Shown here: piece after piece, positions 57,622 through 64,000 of the stretch | Layout of the letters: each line of letters opens with the position of its first letter | Numbering within the stretch: position 1 is the stretch's first letter | Origin: a bacterium | Lineage (GTDB): Bacteria > Zixibacteria > MSB-5A5 > GN15 > FEB-12 | Reading direction: 5' to 3' | Length of the DNA stretch: 64,000 bases | Assembly (NCBI GenBank): GCA_043811375.1 | Contig: JBDRNJ010000006.1 | Coordinates: 32,001-96,000 of the forward strand | Program-made: the position numbers and the translations under genes | Notes under the pieces: model-generated | The model's input: only the letters and a program-made list of their open reading frames with translations | Database searches by the model: none | Told to the model about the DNA's origin: nothing

Positions 57622-59340
57622 CTATTCGAAGACTACCAACAGAGTCAGTGTGTCTGCGTCGCGAACTACCACTACCTCAGTGCTGTCACCTTTGCGGAAC
57701 TTCGACAGGCTGTTCATGTAGTCGTAGATGTCACCAATTTTTATGTCGCCCAGTTTGATAATAATGTCGCCTTCAATCAGCCCGGCCCGGTCGGCCGGTC
57801 GGTCGGGCGTCACACCATCTGCCCGCAATCCCTTTACCTCCGTAATGAAGTCCGGCATGATTCCCAGTGTCACCGATAATGATGCCGGGCGCCGACCACC
57901 GCCGGGGTCTTTGGTCTTCTGAAAGGTCAGGCTTTCCGGGTAATGGTCGAAGTCGATCACAATCCCGGCGATCAGGTTTGCCACCGAGGCGATGCCCTCA
58001 AAGTCGATTTTGTCGATGTCGTCGGATGGTTTGTGGTAGTCCTGGTGAGCGCCGGTGAAGAACATCAGCGACGGAATCTTTCGATTATAGAAGGAAGTAT
58101 GATCGGAAGGCCCGGTGCCCGGCTCCTTGAAAACCATCGTCATATCTCCCTGATCCAGACTGTCGAAGTAGTCCTTGAATTCCGTACACGTTCCGGTCCC
58201 GAATATTGCCAGCCCGTTATCCTGCTCCTTGAGGCGGCCAATCATGTCCATGTTGATCATCATCCGTACTTTCGTGGAATCGATCGTCATGTTCCGCACA
58301 AAATGACCGGACCCCAATAGCCCGGCTTCCTCCCCGGAAAACGCGATGTACACCTGAGAATACTTTACCGAGTCTCTTTTGGCATGGAAGTGTCGAGCCA
58401 GTTCCAGCAGGGCGGCGGTTCCGGAACCGTTGTCGTCAGCGCCGTTGTGGATCAGCTTTTCTTCACCTCGGTAGCGCGAGCTCGGTCCCCCATAGCCGAG
58501 ATGGTCGTAGTGAGCGCCGATGATGATGGTGGTATCATTGTCGGTCGGCAGACAACCGATGACGTTATATCCGGTGTCACGTATGGTGACCAACTCCGTT
58601 TCACCGACCGCCGATGCAATTTGCGGCAGAGATAAATCGAGTCCCAGTCGCTCCAGGCCCAGGCGTCGCAGGAAGATTATGGGAATATTCTTCGGATTGA
58701 CTCGAACCGGGCCGAATCCCTGCAGCGTATCATCGTGGTCTTCGGGAGTGATGAAGAATACTCCGGTCACGCCGTGATCGATGGCGGTCTGAATCTTGGC
58801 TGTGAGCGAAGAGTAGCGGCTGAAATCAATAGCAGAATCTTCCGGTGACGACGGAGAGAACCGTTTAATCAGAACCGCCCGCCCGGTGACATCACGATTC
58901 CGGTAGTCATCATAGTCGCCATCTTCCTCCCCGACCTTTATGCCATAACCGACACTGACCAGGCTGTCAAAGGCAAAGCTCATGCCGGCGGACTGCTGCA
59001 TCGGTTGAAACTCTTCATATAACTCCAGTTCGACCCCATTGACGGTCAGACGATTTCCGTCACCGAAGTCAATTCTCTTGATGAAGCCAAAGGCCTGCAG
59101 GTAAGAATTGCTGTCACCAAGGGGAATCAGGCCGGTGGTTTCAAAGACAGTCTTTATGTACCGGGCAGCCTTCCATTCACCGATCTCGCCGACCTCGCGA
59201 CCCTCAAGGGAATCATCGGCCAGAACAGAGATGTGATGTTGTATCGAATCGGGTGAGATCAGGTACTCTGCCGACCCGGCATTGATACCAAAGGCGACAA
59301 TCGAAATCAGTACCAGCGCGAATAATCTGTAGCAATTCAT
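57622..59340 (-). CDS. secreted M28 peptidase with PA and PDZ domains
   Basis: GAHYDHLG, GADDNGSG, FSGEEAGLLGS, SDH..F, DYHKPSD, LGIMPD..PADRAGL..GDII. Confidence 0.92.
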   Translation of the reverse strand: MNCYRLFALVLISIVAFGINAGSAEYLISPDSIQHHISVLADDSLEGREVGEIGEWKAARYIKTVFETTGLIPLGDSNSYLQAFGFIKRIDFGDGNRLTVNGVELELYEEFQPMQQSAGMSFAFDSLVSVGYGIKVGEEDGDYDDYRNRDVTGRAVLIKRFSPSSPEDSAIDFSRYSSLTAKIQTAIDHGVTGVFFITPEDHDDTLQGFGPVRVNPKNIPIIFLRRLGLERLGLDLSLPQIASAVGETELVTIRDTGYNVIGCLPTDNDTTIIIGAHYDHLGYGGPSSRYRGEEKLIHNGADDNGSGTAALLELARHFHAKRDSVKYSQVYIAFSGEEAGLLGSGHFVRNMTIDSTKVRMMINMDMIGRLKEQDNGLAIFGTGTCTEFKDYFDSLDQGDMTMVFKEPGTGPSDHTSFYNRKIPSLMFFTGAHQDYHKPSDDIDKIDFEGIASVANLIAGIVIDFDHYPESLTFQKTKDPGGGRRPASLSVTLGIMPDFITEVKGLRADGVTPDRPADRAGLIEGDIIIKLGDIKIGDIYDYMNSLSKFRKGDSTEVVVVRDADTLTLLVVFE

Positions 59341-59425
59341 GTGAAGTCTTTCCTCATTTTCTCATTCCGGTCAAACCACGAATCCACGTCCGCGACGGAT
59401 ATAGAAACAGCGCACGGTACGTCTC

Positions 59426-60178
59426 TCACACGATGGGCAGAACGCCATTGGGGTCGAACTTGTCCTTTACTTTGCGAGAGTATACGGCATCGACGGAAGT
59501 ATTGGTTTGTGCGAGGCCGTTTAAGAAATCCTCCCGGCTGACAGCCTTCATTCTCATCGAACTCAACTCGGTCAGGCCCGATTCCGGCATAACGCGAAAC
59601 GTTGCGGATACAATCATACCCAGTACCCCCCATGATCCGGAAAAGATCCTGATGATATCATATCCCGATACCGATTTGAAGCAGGTAGAGCCGGGTTTGA
59701 TGATGTCTCCTTCGGGCGTGACTATCTCGGCCTTGATAAAGTACTTTTTCAGGGGCAGGTCCCGGCCGTGAAGATCGGCACTCAGGCCGACTGCGATTGC
59801 TCCCCCCACCGAACTGACACAGGGCAGATTCGAGTGAGGCAAAGCCAGCTTCAACGGCGCCAGTTGCCGGTTGATTTCGCGCAACGGATAGCCGCCCCCG
59901 ACCGTGATGTAATAGTTTTGCGCGGCAACCTCCAGCAGCGTATTAAGGCGGTCTGACTGGATGGTGATGATTTCGTCGAAAGCAGGTCCGGTGGGACTGA
60001 TATTGTTGCCGAAGCCGCTGATAAAGACTTTCTGTTGATGCTGGTTGGCCAGCTTGAACAACCCCGCCGCTTCTTCAGCCGTCTCCGGGTGAAATGCAGG
60101 TACTCCCTTCTGAAAAGTGACTCGGTCGCCGGGGAATTCCGACCTGACTGCGCCCAGAAACTCATCCGATCGGCTCAT
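59426..60178 (-). CDS. FAD-binding oxidoreductase (GlcE-like, short)
   Basis: SVGGAIA, KSVSGYDI.R.F.GS.G.LG.I, K.KFDPNGVL. Confidence 0.8.
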   Translation of the reverse strand: MSRSDEFLGAVRSEFPGDRVTFQKGVPAFHPETAEEAAGLFKLANQHQQKVFISGFGNNISPTGPAFDEIITIQSDRLNTLLEVAAQNYYITVGGGYPLREINRQLAPLKLALPHSNLPCVSSVGGAIAVGLSADLHGRDLPLKKYFIKAEIVTPEGDIIKPGSTCFKSVSGYDIIRIFSGSWGVLGMIVSATFRVMPESGLTELSSMRMKAVSREDFLNGLAQTNTSVDAVYSRKVKDKFDPNGVLPIV

Positions 60179-60234
60179 AGTGTCAAGATAACAGTTGCCG
60201 ACGCCCTGTCAACGTTAGCCTGTCCGGCTCCGGA

Positions 60235-60272
60235 TAAAAAAAAACCGGGCAGGTGTTGTAAATACCTGCCCG
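60235..60272 (-). terminator. intrinsic terminator of dockerin gene
   Basis: minus strand CGGGCAGGTA-TTTACAA-CACCTGCCCG followed by G and a T-run. Confidence 0.8.
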
Positions 60273-60328
60273 ATATAAATTCCGTATTCAGTTTACTCAC
60301 AGCCTCAAAGACTGCTGCCTGGTTCCGC

Positions 60329-62122
60329 TCACCAGGGAGGGGTGCAGCAACCGGGCATCGGCGCCGGGCCACCCATGAACAAGTAAGCCACCAGGTAGGT
60401 CAGATCGCCGACATCAATGGCCCCGCTGCCGTCCATGTCAGCCACGCAGAGCATCGGATTCGGCGGCGGTCCACCTTGGAATAAATAGGCTACGAGATAG
60501 GTGAGATCGCCGACATCGATGGCTCCGCTGCCATCCACATCTCCGCAAACCACGACACCACCCGCTGGGACCACCACACACAGGCAGAACTCGGAAGTAT
60601 TATTAACGGCGTCGGTAGCGGTGGCAGTAACATCATCTCCAGCCACCAGCACCGTCGTGGTCAGGCTCCAGTTGCCCAGCGCGTTGGGAGTGGTCGAACC
60701 TACATACAGCTCACCTTCGCCATGACCGGAGCCATCCAGCAAGGCACGGAAAACCTCGATGGTAGTCGTATTTGGTGCCGGTGTATCCAGAGTCCCGGTG
60801 ACGGTGACGTTGCCGCCCATGTTGATGATACCGGTGATAACCGGGAAGTTCATCTCCTGGTTGGCGCCTACATCGGGGTCAGTGGGATCGTTGAACGTCA
60901 CATTGGGTATGAACAGGTCTATTCCCAGACCGCCGTTGTCATAGATGGAGTTCTGGGTGATCTGGTTCCTATCGCCGTTGACAATGTCGACACCGTCCTC
61001 CCAGACATAAACTCCAGCCAGGCCGTTTTTCGCGATAGTATTGTTGGGTCCAATGAAATTGCCGTCGGCACAGCCCCACAGTGCAGCTCCGTAGGTGCCG
61101 AGTGTCACCCCATACATTGTATTCGGCAGCGGGTTTAACGCGATGTCGAGTCCGATGATATTGTCCTGAACATGATTGGCGTAGGTCTGAATCGGTGGTG
61201 CAGGGAAGGGGATGTTGTTGTAACCCTGCATGCCGACGCCGTCGTAGTCGTTGCCTGAGATAAGATTGTACTGGACCCAGTTGTCGTGCGTCCCTTCACA
61301 GAGGCAGACACCTTCGTGGTCATTGCCCAGGTCGGCTGTCCCGGAGCGATCGGTCCCTATGTAGCAGTTGTAGATGCCGTTACCGTAAACGTCACCGGGG
61401 ACTATTGGTCCCCAGATGGCAATACCGTCGGCATAGTTGCCCGAGGAGAGGCAGCCGTCGACAATGTTCTGGGTGGCAATACTACCGCCGCCGGTGTTCT
61501 TGATTCGGACACCGGCCCAGGGAGTCAGTATAGTGCGGCCATTGCCGATATCGAAGGTACCGGTCGGATCGGTACCCACGTAGCAACAGTAGACCATATT
61601 GAAGTTAGCCGTCAGATTGGTCACGCCCGCCTCTATCAGGATACCATCCTGCTCAAAATCATTGATGACCAGGCCGTCGATCACATTATTGTCCGACTGG
61701 ACCCAGAGACCGCAAGCGGGGCCGGCAGAGAGGCCGTTGATTTCAATCATCAGCGTGGCCGTGCTGGGTGGGTTAGCGCCGGTAGCGGATCCCGGTTGTG
61801 ACAGTCCGGCGATGTAGCAGCCGGCAGGATCAGTTAGCGCTGGTAACTGGGCACCGGGTATGATCACATGCGGTCCCACGCCGGAGATGTTAAAAGTGAT
61901 CATGTCGAATCCGGCGCTGGCGTTGGCCGAGTTTATGGCCCATAAAAGGTCACCCGGTATTCCGAAAGCAAAAGGCAAGGTAACGGTAAAGGTGGCGGCA
62001 GGTGATTGCTCGGGCCTTTCCGAACGCATTGGCGGCCGTGGTTGTTGCCCGCTGTCCCCAGCCAATGCGACAGCAAACAGACACAACAGAGCCAAGGCCA
62101 CAGTTAACATTTTTCCAGACAT
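60329..62122 (-). CDS. secreted parallel beta-helix protein with C-terminal dockerin
   Basis: signal peptide; IGTD..G..D.GN / ISGN repeats; two copies of D.DGSGAIDVGDLTYLVAYLF.GGP; GGAGGAG RBS before ATG 62122. Confidence 0.85.
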   Translation of the reverse strand: MSGKMLTVALALLCLFAVALAGDSGQQPRPPMRSERPEQSPAATFTVTLPFAFGIPGDLLWAINSANASAGFDMITFNISGVGPHVIIPGAQLPALTDPAGCYIAGLSQPGSATGANPPSTATLMIEINGLSAGPACGLWVQSDNNVIDGLVINDFEQDGILIEAGVTNLTANFNMVYCCYVGTDPTGTFDIGNGRTILTPWAGVRIKNTGGGSIATQNIVDGCLSSGNYADGIAIWGPIVPGDVYGNGIYNCYIGTDRSGTADLGNDHEGVCLCEGTHDNWVQYNLISGNDYDGVGMQGYNNIPFPAPPIQTYANHVQDNIIGLDIALNPLPNTMYGVTLGTYGAALWGCADGNFIGPNNTIAKNGLAGVYVWEDGVDIVNGDRNQITQNSIYDNGGLGIDLFIPNVTFNDPTDPDVGANQEMNFPVITGIINMGGNVTVTGTLDTPAPNTTTIEVFRALLDGSGHGEGELYVGSTTPNALGNWSLTTTVLVAGDDVTATATDAVNNTSEFCLCVVVPAGGVVVCGDVDGSGAIDVGDLTYLVAYLFQGGPPPNPMLCVADMDGSGAIDVGDLTYLVAYLFMGGPAPMPGCCTPPW

Positions 62123-62417
62123 AGCTCCTCCATCAAAATGATATGGTAAAGTTGTTTTCTCATCGCCACTTGAATGAGCAGACCTCTCCGATAGTGGAGA
62201 TACCCGCAATACGAATCGACAAACACAGACGTTCTAACATGCAGAATCACAAAGATGCAAGTACTGGTTTCTAACTACAATAAAACAATCAGCGCCCGAA
62301 AGTCAAGTCATTTTTGGACTTAGCAACGACCGGCGGAGTGTTCGGGCCGCGTCTGTGAGCAGTTATGATCAAGCAAGTCGTTGCTTCCCGTAGTAATGTT
62401 GCTGTTAATTGTTAAAG

Positions 62418-63317
62418 ATGTCTGGTACAAGTGACAAAAACCAAATGATGCCGTTGTTGACCCTAACAATCGGCGCGTCTTGTATTAGTTTTGCCGCTGT
62501 CTTTGTCAAGCTGCTCGGCGGCCGGGGAATGGAGCCGACAGTTATCGGTTTCTGGCGGACTTTTCTGGGAGCGGTGATTTTGTTCGCATGGGCGGCGCTC
62601 AGGCGAGAACGATTGACACTTCCCGGTTCGGTAATGGGCTGGAGTGCTCTGGCCGGTTTTGTGTTTTTTCTCGATCTCTTTTTCTGGCACCGTTCCATCC
62701 TGTACGCAGGAGCCGGGATGGCGACAATTCTGGCCAATACCCAGGTATTCACAACGGCAATCCTGAGTCTTTTGATCTTTAAGGAAAGACTGAGCCTGAG
62801 ATTCTTCGTCGCCATTGTGTCCGCTATTGCGGGAGTAGCCCTGTTGATAGGGTGGGGGAGTGGTATCGTGTTTACTGCCCGCTATCTCAACGGTGTCATT
62901 TACGGCCTGCTGACCGGTATCGTGTATGCCGGTTATATTGTCATCCTGAAAAATGCCGGACAGCACGCGCAGAAACCGGGATTCCTGACGCTGATGGCCT
63001 TCACATCGCTGTTTTCCGCTCTGTTTTTGGGATTAGCCGGGCTGCTGGAGAAAGCCTCATTGGCACCTCCTGACTGGCTGTCGGTGTTGTGGCTGGTTAT
63101 TCTGGCATTGGTGGCCCAGGCGTGGGGGTGGCGGGCGATAGCCGGGGCACTGCCACGGATTGAGGCTTCCCGGGCCGGGTTGGTCCTGCTGCTGCAGCCG
63201 GTTCTGGCCACCGTCTGGGGTGTCATCCTGTTCCACGAGTACCTGACCTCGGTTCAGATAATAGGAGCCGTAATAACGCTGACAGCCATCTATGCCGGAT
63301 CTGTGCGCCGACGCTGA
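62418..63317 (+). CDS. DMT/EamA family transporter
   Basis: about ten TM helices, two EamA repeats (ANTQV, LLQPV). Confidence 0.88.
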   Translation: MSGTSDKNQMMPLLTLTIGASCISFAAVFVKLLGGRGMEPTVIGFWRTFLGAVILFAWAALRRERLTLPGSVMGWSALAGFVFFLDLFFWHRSILYAGAGMATILANTQVFTTAILSLLIFKERLSLRFFVAIVSAIAGVALLIGWGSGIVFTARYLNGVIYGLLTGIVYAGYIVILKNAGQHAQKPGFLTLMAFTSLFSALFLGLAGLLEKASLAPPDWLSVLWLVILALVAQAWGWRAIAGALPRIEASRAGLVLLLQPVLATVWGVILFHEYLTSVQIIGAVITLTAIYAGSVRRR

Positions 63318-63480
63318 CCTGCCTTCAATCAGGAATATCCATGAGGCTAACTTGTTGCGATCAGTGTAATTATTATCTTGGCAAAGGGTTGGTTATAATG
63401 TAGATTGTACTCTGAAAACAGGACCGGACCAGCCGGTGTTCAGAATTTGAGCAGTCCGTCGATAATGTGAGGGAAATGTT

Positions 63481-63795
63481 TTGGAATTTACGTGGCCAAT
63501 TTTAATGTCCGGAGGCCAGGATGGCGGTGGCGGTGGCGCTATTACGCTCGTCTGGTTCGGGCTGATTTTTGTATTGATGTATTTGTTGCTGATTCGCCCC
63601 CAGCGCAAGAAACAGAAAGAACACCAGAAGTTACTCGGTGATTTGAGGAAGGGCGACAAAGTTGTGACCAGCGGCGGCATGTTTGGCATTATTTTCGCCA
63701 TTGATGAAGAGCGCAATCGGGTGGTGTTGAAAATCAATGAAAATACCCGATTGGAGTTCCTGAAATCATCAATAGCCGCCAAGGTCGAAAAATAG
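63481..63795 (+). CDS. yajC: preprotein translocase subunit YajC
   Basis: YLLLIRPQRKKQK, L.KGDKVVTSGG. Confidence 0.93.
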   Translation: MEFTWPILMSGGQDGGGGGAITLVWFGLIFVLMYLLLIRPQRKKQKEHQKLLGDLRKGDKVVTSGGMFGIIFAIDEERNRVVLKINENTRLEFLKSSIAAKVEK

Positions 63796-63809
63796 TTTAA
63801 GGAGTTACC

Positions 63810-64000
63810 GTGGCAGAGCGGCCGATCGTCGTATATGGCGATACGATTCTGCGGCAAGTGTCTCAGCCGGTTGAAGAAATCGACAACGAGGTTAAGGACC
63901 TGGTGGCCACATTGGTGGCTACTCTAAAAAAAGCTAATGGTCTGGGACTGGCAGCAGTTCAGGTCGGCGTTTTGAAACGTCTTTTTATTGTCGATGTCTC
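63810..64000 (+). CDS. def: peptide deformylase (3' truncated by window)
   Basis: GTG start after AAGGAG; MAERPIVVYGDTILRQVSQPV...GLGLAAVQVG. Confidence 0.9.
   Translation, partial: MAERPIVVYGDTILRQVSQPVEEIDNEVKDLVATLVATLKKANGLGLAAVQVGVLKRLFIVDV

Overview
Bacterial chromosome segment, moderately GC-rich. Cohesin/dockerin proteins with C-terminal sorting (FlgD-Ig/T9SS-like) domains, PorV- and PorX-like genes suggest an FCB-group organism, probably Zixibacteria-like (inference). Most of it is housekeeping: the end of the alpha operon (rpsK-rpsD-rpoA-rplQ), plsY-gpsA-merR-tRNA-Pro-surE, apt, priA, a long minus-strand operon serS-porY-like HK-porX-tsaE-tsaB-rimI-accD-folC-HK-HK, rpmB, xerD-comF and yajC-def. 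It also holds four tRNAs, secreted/outer-membrane proteins and several REP-like intergenic clusters. The most striking feature is at 29294-30522: a promoter, an uncalled 28-codon Ile/Leu/Val-rich leader ORF with protector, antiterminator and terminator helices (ilv-type ribosome-dependent attenuator), then an AsnRS-like class II synthetase core with no anticodon-binding domain, ending next to a convergent tRNA-Glu. Other notable items: a 1.6-kb islet at tRNA-Arg bounded by ~88-bp degenerate direct repeats with an orphan DpnII/MboI-type nuclease, a 23-bp mini-element nested in a REP whose empty allele is in the same window, adjacent porY/porX-like genes, and a solitary minimal flagellin. All family assignments come from motif recognition by eye, not database searches.
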